From Octopus sinensis (taxonomy: Eukaryota): a stretch of 64,000 bases of DNA. Under the pieces are notes generated by a model. It had not been told where the DNA came from, did no database searches, and saw only the letters and a list, made by a program, of their open reading frames with translations. This document shows, piece by piece, positions 1 through 13,010 of this stretch (within the stretch, counting starts at the first letter, position 1; each line of letters opens with the position of its first letter). A program made the translations under genes and the position numbers. The stretch covers positions 36,022,001 through 36,086,000 of the forward strand of contig NC_043010.1 of the NCBI RefSeq assembly GCF_006345805.1, written 5' to 3'.

Positions 1-834
1 GGACTTGAACCCAGAACGTAACAAACTAATGAGCTTAAATAATTCTTGTAAAGGCAATTTAACCAGAAGGCACTGTGGTAAATTAAATTTTCTTCTGACT
101 GGTGTAGAAAATTTGAGTATTACATGATTAATTAATTGATTGGAGATAGATAAATAGAAAGAGGTAATACTGTACAAGAGACGCGGAGAATATCTAATTC
201 GCTCACAACTAATTTCTACAAGAATAATTCTTTTTCTTTTTTCAAAATTATTACCACCCTCTAACAACTCTTTAAAAACAAAGTTTGCAAAATCGTAATC
301 ACTGATGTTTCTAGATAATTTGTTGAAAATTTTAAAAAATTAAAACCGAAAAATTTACGTAATGGAAAGGAGTTGAAATAATGAAAATGTTATAGTTTGA
401 TTTTTTTTTCTTTTCTTTGAAGAATTACTCTTAAATATTTGAAATATAAATCTGAAAGAAAAAATATTTCTTATGTTTTTTCTTCATTTTTCAAAATTCT
501 AATATCCGATATTTGAAATTGTGATTTTAAACAAACGAGATGATTTCCGACTCTATTCTGCAGGATTACCATGTATATAGCTACAGAAAGAGAAAGAGAG
601 GTAAACGTTGTCAACTCACCGTTTAGTTCTTTGAAGTTAAACAATTCCAGAAAGTTATGTAAGTTCTCTGTGTGCGTGTGGTATTACTTGTCTATATCTA
701 AGCGTATGAAATGGTGTTTATATATATATATTGAGAGAAAGCGGCAGAGAATGATGAAAGGGTATCTGTCAAATCGCAAAGGCAGACAAAAAAGCAAAGT
801 TGCGAGTGCAGGCTTAGTTGGTGTTGACTCCTAA

Positions 835-1715
835 TGGTACTGTAAATGTTGTTGTTGTTCTGATGGTGTTAATGGTTGTTAGTGACAGAGTGGTGTGTTT
901 TTATTCGTAATTAAAGCCGGTAGCGTTGGTAGTAGTAGTTGGTAACATTTCTTCTCTTATTGGTTGTGGTGGTAGTGTTTGTTATTTTTATGGCCAATGG
1001 TGGTGCTGTTGTTAGAATTTCGTAACAGTGATATAGTTTCTACTGCTGGTCGTGTTGTTGTTCTTACACATCAAATTGTTGTGGCTGTTGTTGTTGTTGT
1101 CAACAGCTGATTACCTATTATGGTAATCTGTAATTTTACCATTATTTTTTCCTTTCTTTTACATATTGTTATACATATTTTTTGCTGTTATTTCCCTTTT
1201 TTACGTTATTGTTATATTTTATTATATTGTCCTTAACACAAACACGTGGCTTTCTCAATATTTGGAGGTGGATGGGGTGACTATTATAAAGCATAACAGT
1301 TGCGGTAAGAGTACTAATAGTAGTGGTAGTTGCGGTGACAATAACAGTGTGTGTTGGTGATAGTGGTGGTGGTTGTGGTGACAGAACCAGTATGTAATGT
1401 TGATGGGTGGTTGTGGCTGCGGTGACAACACTGCTGGTGGTTCTGGTGACAGCTGTAGTATATTGGCGGTTGCTGTGACAGATCCAATACGTAATGTGGA
1501 CGTTAGTGGTTCTGCTGGTGGTTGTAGTAACAATCCTTATCGCTGGTTGTGGTGATGGTTTTAGTATGGTATATTGGTGCTTGCAGTGACAATTATTATA
1601 GATGTGTATTGTCAAGGCGATGTAGCAACGATGTCAATGGGATGGTGTTGTGGAGGTGATGGTTATGGTCACAGGCAACATATAGGAAGAGGTGGAAGTT
1701 GTTTGTGGTTGTTGT
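835..1715. repeat. Highly degenerate (GTT/GGT)n tract
   Basis: Triplet periodicity with many substitutions. Confidence 0.8.
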
Positions 1716-4700
1716 TTAAGCTCCCAGGTTAGACTCGTCAAGCAGAGACCAAAGACATTCTAACTGCGAACATCATCTTAGTTATAGTATATATCAGACA
1801 TAAATTTATTTCTTCTATAGGCACAAGGCCTGAAATTTTGTGGGGAGGGTCTAATCAATGTAATGACCCCCCCCCCCAGTCCTCAACTCATACTTATTTT
1901 ATCACACCGGAAAGGAAGAAAGCCAAAGTCGACCACGACGGTATTTGAACCCAGAACATAAAGAGTCCGGAAAAAAAAAATACCGCTGGCATTTTGTCCG
2001 ACGTGGTAACAATCCTGCCAGCTGGGGGATATAGTTTGCGGGATATTTATTTGACAGCTATTTCTAGCAAGTTGAGAAACCACGTTGAAGTTCTCTGACT
2101 GCTCTCAGATATGCTCTTAGCAGTTTTTATGTGGGACAGTCTTGCATTTGTAACATAGTAGAGTTTTAAAAACTCAATTAACCGATGTTATCCATGCAAT
2201 TAGTTGACAAAACTCCCACAAAGGATATTTAAAATCTAACTCCAATATGATCACTTGATCGAAATTGTTGGACAACATAGACAGCGCAGACTGAAGTGGA
2301 TCTGATCTTTATTGCTAACAGCTGAAGGCAGTGTTGGTTTCAGGATCAGATCCACTCTTAGATTGCATTTTCTATATTTTCCAACAGGTCAGTGAAATTA
2401 GTCTATTGGAGTTATCTCCCTTGTTAGTTTGTTTTTTTTTACGATTTTTTACAGAGGAAGTTTTTGACTACTTATAGCACGGATAATCTCAGTTAATCAA
2501 AATGTTCAGTTCACTATGTTACATATGAAAGACTACCGTATTTGTATTTTGTATGCAGAACTCTTCTCTCCGCTAGTTTTTCCCGCGACTATATTGGTAT
2601 TTCTCTTACACTCACTTATTCAACCCACTTCTTTTTACTCTTTTTTTTTCTCTTTTTTACTTGTTTCAGTCATTTGACTGCGGCCATGCTGGAGCACCGC
2701 CTTTAGTCGAGCAAATCGACCCCGGGACTTATTCTTTGTAAGCCCAGTACTTATTCTATCGGTCTCTTTTGCCGAACCGCTAAGTTACGGGGACGTAAAC
2801 ACACCAGCATCGGTTGTCAAGCAATGCTAGGGGAACAAACACAGACACACAAACATATTCACACACACTTATATATATATACATATATACGACAGGCTTC
2901 TTTCAGTTTCCGTCTACCAAATCCACTCACAAGGCATTGGTCGGCCCGGGGCTATAGCAGAAGACACTTGCCCAAGATGCCACGCAGTGGGACTGAACCC
3001 GGAACCATGTGGTTGGTTAGCAAGCTACTTACCAAACAGCCACTCCTGCGCCTATATAATTAATTTTTGCATCTCTCTAACTTTCTAGTATTTCGTCTTT
3101 CACTCTTACCTTTTCTACATAATCTCTCTCTTTTAAGATAGGGGGACAATTTATTTCTCATTCATCCTCTCTTACTCTGACTCTTTAACTTTTCCTCCCT
3201 CGAATCATATCTTTCTCTCTATTCATACCCTTTGGTTACTCATTTCTGTTACCCTAACTCACATTTTTCCCCGCTCAGTCTCTCAGCTTCCTCTGTTTTT
3301 TTCTCTCTCTTCTGCCCTCCCCTGAGAAAAAAACCTCAGTTGACGTCTCCATCAATTTCTCTCTTACTTTCTCTTTCTACGTATACTTCAGTCCAAAAGA
3401 AAAAGAACACTCTTTTTCTCTATTTGTATCTCTTACTCTTTTCTTCCTCGATGTATACTTTAGTCCGTCCCAACATGAAAAGAATATTCTCTCTCTCTCT
3501 TTACTTTTCTCTTTCTATTTCCGTCTCTCCCAACCAACTCGGCTTCTTTTCCCTCATTCTCACTTTCCCCCTCTGACATTTCAGTTATACTTTCTAATCC
3601 ATTATGCCGTACACTACCGCTGTTAGTACTGCACCTCTCTCAATCCTCTTGTATTTATGCAAATTAGGACCAATTTCCTCTATTATTTGAAAATTTCAGA
3701 TCTTCGGGATTCTTTTGCTAGGAAGGGCAACTGTGTGTCTGTGTATAAGTATATACATAAATGCGTGTGTCTGTGTGTATAAGTATATGCATAAATGCGT
3801 GTGTGCCTGTGTGTACAAACATAAATATATGCATAAATGTGTGTGTATCTATATGAGTGTGTTCAGACAATTATGCTTGCTTGTGTGTGCGCGCGCGTAA
3901 ATGTGTATTTGTATCAGTGCATGCTTTTTCCAAGAGTGTAAGTTTGTGTTTGTGAAAGTACATATGTGTGTGTGGATATATAACAGTGCGAGTGAATGTG
4001 TGTTTATACAGTCACGAACGAATATTTAGGACATTCGCTCACAATAAAGGGGTTTCAAATTTGATCACTCAGACTCTGGTTGACCAAGCTCTCGAGGCAA
4101 AAGTAAAGAATACGTGACGGAGGTAAAGAATACGTACACCACCTGTTTTCGGCGTAACAAAAACCTTAACCCTAATCCTAACACTCAACCCTAACCCTAA
4201 ACACCGGGTGTACGTATTCGGCGAAGGTAAAGAATATGCACACTCAGTATTTAGGGGTTAGGGTTATGCCGAAAACGGGTGGTGTGCGTATTCTTTATCT
4301 CTTCCCCTTCCCATGTAAGTTTTCCCCTCAATTTTAAATTTTAAGACAGCTTTTTAAAATACTTCCTATGTGAAGTGAAGCAGTAATCTTTAACGTTCCG
4401 TGCAAAGTGTGCCAGTATCTTTTCCTTTTCTTTCAGTCTAATGTGGAAGAATTGCCTGTCTATCTCCAGTCTATCCCAAAGTCTGAAAATTCACTGCATT
4501 GAGTTTACGTATGTACGTGCATGTGGGTGGGTGTAAATGAGACAGAGTGAGGGAGTTGAATACTCAGCTACTTTCAAATGCAATGCACAGGAAGACACGC
4601 TGTTTAGAACAAGTGGGATATTAATAGACGAAGAGATCCATTCATTGTGAGAGAGAAAGGGAGTGTGTGTGTCCTTGTGAACGGGATTTTGTTTCAACAC

Positions 4701-4827
4701 TCAACTAGTAGAAAGACTTTACTTACAATTATTATATCTATAAAAAAAAACAGTTGCTGCAATTATTGTAGTTGTTGCTTTTGCTATTGTTGTTTAGAAC
4801 CAAGTCAGCCCTGATCACATACACTAA

Positions 4828-7598
4828 CATAGCATAGCCGGCTACAACCTGTTCCGCAAAGACCGCATTAATCGCCGTGGAGGGGGTGTGATGATTTATG
4901 TTCGATCAAGTCTATCGGCAATCCCCTGTGATGATTTGAACCAATCTCAGCAGGAGGTATTTTTCTGCAATGTACACATGACCATGTCAACACTTCTGCT
5001 CGGAGTCGTTTACCGTCCTCCAAATTATCGCCAAGACGCACAGCTTTTTGATATCCTCAGGGCGGCTGCCATGAAAACAGCCACATATGTGTATGTTGCG
5101 GGGGACTTCAATTTCCCTGAGATTGACTGGGAGGCCTTCCGTTGGCCGCAAAGTGCAGACGATTTCCTTGAACTGGTGCTGAATTCGAATTGGTCACAAG
5201 TTGTTACCTCCCCCACAAGGGGTAACAACACTTTGGATCTGCTACTTACCGCTTCTCCTGAAACAATCATTAGTGTCGCTACCGAAGAACCTTTGGGTGA
5301 CTCTGATCATTCCATGATCATGGCTGACTTGTCTCTGATTGGTTGTAACAAAAAACACAACCATCTTCAGATTGCCCGCTTTGACTGGAATAAAGCAAAC
5401 TGGAGCTCTTATTGTACTGAGCTGCAACGCCCAAACTGGCGCGAATTTTATGCCTCTGGAGATGTGGACACTATACTCCAGAGCATTCTGAATTCAATAT
5501 GGGCAGCATGTGCAGCATCAGTACCACACAAGCACAAAAAACCACCCAATAGTGCAATTTGGGAGACTGCAGCAGTCCGACTTGCCAGGAAAGAACGCCG
5601 TAATGCTGAACGGGAATACAAATTGCACAAATCAGAGAGCAACAGGAAAAAGCGCAATAGGTCAGCCAACCACCTCAAGCAGGTGACAAAAAAGGCAGTG
5701 CTTGAATTTGAACAACGCATTGCAGCTAACCCTGACAGCAAAGGGTTCTGGAAGTATGTGCACTCAAAGCAGAGACCCCACTCTCCTGTTGGTCCCCTTC
5801 ACAATCCCCACACAGGACAGATTACTGGCAATCCCGAAGAATGTGCAGAAATCATTGCTGGATGCTATGCCGGCATCTTTACTGTCGAAGACCAAAATGT
5901 TCCATCATCATCACCACTGACATCGGACTCTATATCTTCTATGCAATTTACACCAGCAATGCTGCAACGCCACCTAAAGAATAAACGCAATTATGCCTCT
6001 CCTGGTCTTGATGGTGTTACATACCTACTTCTCAAACGCGGTGGGTACTTTCTTCTAAGCCAACTTTCTCTATTCTTCCAATTCTGTCTTGACAATGGTG
6101 TTACTCCAGAACAGTGGAAAACTGCCAGTGTCATCCCTCTGTTCAAAAAAGGCGACCGCACATCGCCTGTCAACTATCGCCCCGTCAGTCTTACTAGCTG
6201 CATCACCAAACTGATGGAATCCTGTATCAGAGAAACCCTCTGGAACTTCTGGAAGTCTCACAGCCTCATCCAGCCGTCACAATTCGGATTTATTCCTAAC
6301 TCCAGCTGCTGTAATCAACTCCAGCTGCTGTAATCAACTCGAGTTTCTTGAGGACGTTACCCAAATCACTGATCGCGGATCCTGGGTGGATGTTGTTTAC
6401 CTGGACTTTGCTAAGGCTTTTAACTCTGTGCCACACAAAAGACTTATGGTGAAGTTTTCTGCGTTGGGTGTAAGAGACGAACTCTATAACTGGTTAAAGT
6501 CCTTTATTTTCGGCCGAAAAGAGTTTGTCACAGTTCTAGGACAGCACTCTTCGCCCTATGAGATGACATCTGGTGTGCCGCAGGGATCTGTTCTTGGCCC
6601 CCTTTTATTTGTTGCATATGTTAATGACATAGATGCCAACTTAAAGAATGCCACAGTGCTGAAATATGCAGATGACATCAAGCTGTACCTCGAAATAAAG
6701 AGGTCAAATCCTGTACACTATGGATCTCTATTGCAAGCAGACCTGGACACAATGCAGCAGTGGATCATGGACTGGCAACTCAAGCTGGTTGTGGACAAAT
6801 GTACCACCATGCATTTTGGGAGGAGAAACCCAGCGTCCACCTACTCCCTCCACAACACTAGTCTCAAAAAGTCTTCAAGTGAACGTGACCTGGGTGTTAT
6901 TGTCGACAGTGATTTGCGTTGGACAAAACACATCGCTAAAATTGTCAAGAAGGCTGAGGGTGTCTTGGCATCACTCACCAAATCCTTTGTGAGCCGCTCT
7001 CCAGCTATCTATCTGCGGCTTTATATAGCTATGGTAAGACCTCACCTGGAATTTGCATCACCGGTCTGGAACCCCTATCTTGCCCAGGACATCAATCGTC
7101 TGGAAGCTGTTCAGCGACGTGCAACCAAAAGAATACCCTCCATCAGGCATTTGCCATATCCTGAACGCCTTACTTTGCTGGGCATGGACACATTGAAACT
7201 CCGACGTCTGGCAGCTGACTTGGCAAACACCCATAAAATTATCAACTATCACACAAACAATAACTCTGAGCACCTCTTCAAACTCCACCCATCTAACACC
7301 CGTGGACATATTTACAAAGTAAGAAAACAGCACAGCTCCCATGACTTCAGGAAACATTTTTTCACGCTGAGAGTTGCTGAAGCGTGGAACAAACTGTCGG
7401 CATTGGTTGTTAGTTGTCAGAGCACTGCATCCTTCAAAACTTCCATGCTTCCTGAGATTCGCCAACACTACACTTGATTTTCTCCCCTCCATACACACAC
7501 AAGCATGTTCACTTTCCAGACATTTCTACATTACTGCATGTACTTTATATGCACTTTCTGACAAGTTGTGGTGCACCTGAGCACTGTATACAATAATT

Positions 7599-7633
<35 letters not shown>
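4828..7633 (+). mobile_element. CR1-clade LINE, 5'-truncated ORF2 (APE endonuclease + RT) with (ATT)n tail
   Basis: GYNLFRKDR..GGGV, VYRPP, GDFN and SDH (APE motifs); YLDFAKAF, SGVPQGSVLGPLLF and YADD (RT motifs); CR1-type C-terminus NTRGH..RKHFF..RV..WN. One frameshift from a 19-bp duplication at 6298-6335. Confidence 0.95.
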
Positions 7634-7636
<3 letters not shown>

Positions 7637-7865
7637 ACTCAAAAGCGTTCCTGTATGACCATTTCGGGATTTGGTTGGTTTGGCTGCCAGCATCAATTCT
7701 ATTCGAATTGATTTCATATTCAGCGTAATGATAGACTTTTATTGGCTAATGAATGGCGTGAAAATCATATTCGGTATAAATCAATAAATAAAAAGTTATT
7801 AGCAATTAAAGTTTGAAAATTTAGGTAATTTTAGCCAGTCGTAAGCCACAGTCAATTTCATGCCT

Positions 7866-7879
7866 GTTTCCATAGTAAC
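7866..7879. promoter_or_regulatory. RFX X-box-like motif
   Basis: GTTTCCATAGTAAC fits GTTNCC-AT-RGNAAC; lies in a non-repetitive, CpG-retaining patch with ATTGG (CCAAT) boxes at ~7741 and ~8151. Confidence 0.45.
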
Positions 7880-8777
7880 ACGTTTTGAAATGTACAATTA
7901 AAATATTTATTTTATTTAGTTGCATCAAGTACAGACAATAAGATATGAAGCTGTAAATAATATTGTACAAGACTTTTTTTTTCACTTGAATTGCAATTCC
8001 ATTACCAAAAAAAAAAAAATTGATTGCAGTAGAATGGTTATTAAATCGTTTCAAATCCACCATATGCTCAGCCAATTCTTCCACATTAAAAAAATTGATC
8101 TGAGAAATAAATCATAAGTAAGATTTATTAGTTAGCATTAATACAGTAGAATTGGCTAATTCGTTACTTCACGTAATTTGTCACTTTCAGTTTTCTCCTA
8201 GAAATAACTAATTAGGTGAATTCTACTTTATTTTTTAAAATTTATTTTATTTTAGTTCATTTTCAAAATACCGCTTTTTCCAAAAATAAGCCCATGGGCT
8301 TAAATACAGACTTAAATAATTTTGCTTAAATAATTTTTTTCTGAAAATAATAAAAATTACTGGGGCTATACATGAAAAGAGTTTCTGAATATGATCAGAC
8401 TGGAACCTGGCACAGCTTCCAGTAGGCCAGGCCAGTCAAACTGTCCAACCCATGCCAGCATAGACAATGGACGTTAAATGATGATGATGATGATGATGCT
8501 TGGTTGAGCTTATTTTTGGTAAAATCCAATAATGCTTTTATAATTTTTGTTTTAATAAAATATAGTAAATTTTCAAAATGTTATTCTCAGCCACAATATT
8601 TTAAGTACAGTAGAATTTTCATTTTAAGTACTTTTTAGTTTCCTTTAAAGGTGACAAATTAGGTAAATTCTACTGTAGAAATCTTGTTCTGTACTTTTCC
8701 AGGTGTAATAACTTAAGAATATTAACATGCATGTGCCTGCAATTTTCATTGTAATATATATATATATATATATATGC

Positions 8778-9200
8778 AAGGTCTAGAATCAAAGGGCCTT
8801 GGGAGTTAATCTTGCAAAAACCAAAAACCAAAGTCGTAGTAAGCAGGAAAGCAGACAAATCACAACTCCCTTCAGGTAGACAGTGCTGCTCGATCTGTAG
8901 AAAAGGTGCAGGTAGAAACTCCATAAGATGTACCTGGTGCAAGCTATATGCTGTACTTGAGAAAACCTGTTAAACCGAGGTCATAGTAATGGCCGATGCC
9001 GGTGTTACATAACTGGCACTTAAAAATCACCCACTATACTCTTGGAGTGGTTAGCATTAGGAAGGGCATCTAGTCATAGAAACCATGCCAAATCAGATTG
9101 GAACCTGGTGCAGCCCCCTGCTCCCCAGTTTACCAGTTTTCAGTCAAACTGTCTAACCCATGCCAGCATGGAAAACAGACAAATAATGATGATGATGATG
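8778..9200 (+). mobile_element. Internally deleted RTE LINE remnant joined to the RTE 3'-UTR tail
   Basis: LESKGLGVNLAK..CSICRKGAGRNSIRCTWCK followed by the aggaagggcatc...gcatggaaa..(gat)n tail. Confidence 0.8.
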
Positions 9201-9722
9201 ATATCTATGTGTGCGTGTTTGTGTTGCCCACCTCCACCATCACTAGCACTTGACAAATGGTGATGGTTTGTTTATGTCCTTGTAACTTAGAAGTTTGGCA
9301 CAAGAAACCAGTAGAATAGTTATCAGACTTGAAAAATAAGTGCCCAGGTTGATTTATTCAACAAAACCCTTCAAGGTGGTGCCCCAGCATGGCCACAGTC
9401 CAATGATTGAAACAATGACTGAAACAAACAAAAGAATTTCAACTCAGACCAAATGCTTAGCAGCATCTGGTAATTTACCAATTCTGCCAGCTGACCGCCT
9501 TAATAATAATCCTTCCTACTGAAAGCACAAGGCCTCAAATTTGGAGGAAGGGATTAAATTGATTACATCGACCCCAGTGCATAACTGGTACTTAATTTAT
9601 TGACCCTGAAAGGATGAAAGGCAAAGTCGACCTTGGTGGAATTTGAACTCAGAATGTAGTGATGGACGAAATACTGCTGAGCATTCTGTCCAGTATGCTA
9701 ACAATTCAGCCAGATCACCACC

Positions 9723-9779
<57 letters not shown>

Positions 9780-9809
9780 TCGAAATTGCTCAATAATCAA
9801 GGGAAATTG

Positions 9810-10148
9810 TAGTTGTGATACCAGTGCCGGTGGCACATAAAAGAACCATCCGAACGTGACCGTTGCCAGCGCCGCCCCGACTGGCCTCCGTGCCGGTGGC
9901 ATGTAAAAGCACCAACCGATCATGGCCGTTGCCAGCCTCACCTGGCACCGTGCCAGTGGAACGTAAAAAGCACCCACTACACTCACGGAGTGGTTGGCGT
10001 TAGGAAGGGCATCCAGCTATAGAAACACTGCCAGATCAGACTGGCATCCAGCTATAGAAACACTGCCAGATCAGACTGGGCCTGGTGCAGCCTCCTGGCT
10101 TCCCAGCCCATGCTAGCATGGAAAGCGGATGTTAAATGATGATGATGA
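9810..10148 (+). mobile_element. Short RTE-3'UTR-derived retroposon (also 28650-28890, 35370-35640, 37075-37490 minus, 42470-42742, 46810-46995 minus, 50110-50370 minus, 59610-59955)
   Basis: Tail ggagtggttggcgttaggaagggcatccagc...gcatggaaagcggacgttaaa(tga)n has the same structure as the 3' end of the RTE at 55295-55560. Confidence 0.8.
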
Positions 10149-10620
10149 ATAATAATAATGGCTTCAAATTTTGGCACAAGGCCAGCAATTGTTAGGGATG
10201 GAGTAGATTACATCAACCCCAGTGTTCAACTGGTACTTATTTCATCAACCCTGAAAGGATGAAAGGCCAAGTCGATCTCAGTGGAATTTGAACTCAGAGC
10301 ATAAAGATGGACAAAATGCTGCCAGCATTTCATCCAACATACTAACAGTTCTGATAGCCTTAAGATATTTGAATTGTAATGCTACATTGTCCTTATCATC
10401 CATTAGCTGGGTAGGAACTAGCTATCTTTGAATATGTCTTCAATTTCTGCAATTTCAACCAGTCAATGACGTCTGTTGAGGTGAAAACATTCTGTGCCAT
10501 ATGAATATGTCCCTCATTTAAGAAACAGATTGGGTTTATTTACATTTCTGAAAAAAAAAAGATACCCTTCCCCCACCCCTAACCCTAACCTTAACTCTAA
10601 ACCTAACCCTAAAACAGATT

Positions 10621-10646
10621 GGTTTACCCCTGTGCCAGGTAAGTAT
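10621..10646 (-). pseudogene. Possible U1 snRNA 5' fragment
   Basis: ATACTTACCTGGCACAGGGGT matches the U1 5' end beyond the splice-site complement; similarity stops at a MITE boundary. Confidence 0.35.
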
Positions 10647-11578
10647 CACTGTTATTGATAATCAGATTCTTTGATTTTCACAGGTTTGGCCTTGCTTCTT
10701 GACATTTAATAGTAACACGAAGCATTAACCTGCTCAAGTGTTTGATTTTATCATCACCACAATTGGTGGGCACCTGAAAAGAAAACTGCAAATCACTCAA
10801 ACATTATCTATTAGGAAAAAAATTACATAAATAGGTTAACCACACACACACACACAACTGCATGTACATACAAACAATGGTCTGGGGTTGGTAAAAATAA
10901 ATCCTCATCACCATCATGTTTCTCCTCGCCATTACCCTTGAAGTAAAGAGCCACCATATGGCCTTTTGATCTGCTAGAAATAGCTGCCAAATCTCTTGTT
11001 CAAGCCACATTCTACTGTCTCCAAAAAAAGGCAAAATTCAAGTATGTAGTTATAGATAAAACTATTCTTAGAAAAGAAGAAACAAGATGGTCACAGGTGG
11101 AAGGCTTTTGATCAATGGTATGCCTGCTCTATCAGCACTGACCCAAAAAAACTAAATAACATTGTAAACAATTTCTCTTTTTTTTCTTTGTATATCATTT
11201 TCTGCTATAATTTTGTTTTAAATTCCCTGTGCCTCAGTTATATGCAGTTGTTTGTGTGGTGTGTGGAATGTGTGAAAATATATAGAGTAGTCACATTCCT
11301 ATGAAAAAATGTGTGTGATAGCTTGTTAGGATGTTGTTGTTGCTTTGATTAGACCTAGACGAGTCCCTATTGAGACATTCCCATCTTGGCCATCTCCAGG
11401 AAGTAGACTACATTATCCTCTGTGTGTGTGTGTGTGTGCGTGCATGCACATGCGCACAGGTGTTTTGGTGTTTGTTAAGACAATAAAGCATAAGGCCACT
11501 GCATGATAGTGGCACTCAATTTATTAACTATTGAAGAATTTCAAGGCAAAGAGACTAGATAGATGGACGGATGAATAT

Positions 11579-11579
<1 letters not shown>

Positions 11580-11639
<60 letters not shown>

Positions 11640-11644
11640 TAGAC

Positions 11645-11704
<60 letters not shown>

Positions 11705-11735
11705 GGATCTATCTATCTATCTATATATCTATCTA
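11580..11735. repeat. (GACA)n(GATA)n tetranucleotide microsatellite followed by inverted (TCTA)n
   Basis: Directly visible. Confidence 0.95.
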
Positions 11736-12649
11736 GTGCTGGTGCCATGTAAAAAACACCTGTCCCAGTGCCACATGAAAAGCATATGTGCTGCTGCCAT
11801 GTAAAAAGCACCTGTGTTGGTGCCACATAAAAAGCACCCAGTACACTCTGTAAAGTGGCTGGTGCTAGGAAGGGCCTCCAGCCATAAAAACCATGCCAAA
11901 ACAGACAATTTGAGCCTGGTGCAGCTCTCTGGCTTGCCAGCTCATGTCAAACTTTCCAACCCGTGCCAACATGGAAAGTAGACATTAAATGCTGCTGTTG
12001 CTGCTGATGATGATGATGATGATGATATATATCATGTTGAACCATTAATCCCTACACATTTTTTTCTCTATCCATTTTTTTCCTCTTAATCCTTTCTGTT
12101 GAAGAGCATAGACTCAAAATGTCAAAGATTTTTCCATTCTTCCTGAATGTTAAACTAATACACCTGCTTATTGTTCCTTCACCTGTCTTCATCTTTTGTT
12201 TTCTGTAAATTTGATCTATGTATATATAGACACACACACACATGATGGGCTTTCCTTAGTTCCTGTCTTTCAAATTCACCTGCAAGTCTTTGATCAACCC
12301 TGGGCTATAGCAGAAGACACTGGCCTAAAATGTCATACAGAGGACTGAACCTGAATCTATGTGGTTACCACACACCATTATGCCAGTGCCTAATTGTTTT
12401 AGTTGCCTATACAGCTACTAACAAACATAGACACCACCTCAGCCCTAACACCTTTGACCAAGCAGATAATCCAGGAGGTGACTACTGAAGAAAGTTAGGG
12501 AGAGGCAGAGAAAGAGAGAGAGAGAGAGAGAAAGAGGTGGGTTGCACCAACATCAGGGTGGCACTCGTTACAACTGAGTAGACTGAAACAGCATGAAATG
12601 AAATGCTTCACTGAAGGACACAACATGTTGTCTAATCCAGGGAATTTAT

Positions 12650-13010
12650 TATCAATTATTATTATTATTATCATTATTATTATTATTATTATTATTATTC
12701 CTTCATTTTTCCCAATGACAATTTTCTTAACACTGGATCATTTAACTGATTCCCTGTCAAGTTACGTAACCTCAGACACTCAGTACTTTCTGCAGGATAT
12801 TTGCTCTTTCCCTAAAATGTTATCTTTTGCAATGTCATAAAACTGGAACAGATTCCAAGTGTGCCAAGGTGTTTCTGGAGGCTTTTCATCACTGACTGCA
12901 GTTCTCCGACCCCAACTGGTTGCACTCTTGCTCTCATATTTCACATTCTTTCGACATCTATTCCCAAGTCTTGAAGATCCACCCACCACACGCGATAGAC
13001 TGGCAGTTGC
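12650..13010 (-). mobile_element. Second, more decayed R4/Dong-like 3' remnant
   Basis: QDLGIDVERM*NMRARVQPVGVG..LQKHLGTLGI..LQK with stops; (AAT)n tail. Confidence 0.6.

Noticed and set aside
1166-1615. Thr/His-rich or Gly/Cys-rich ORFs
   Set aside because: Degenerate triplet repeat that is open in several frames at once.
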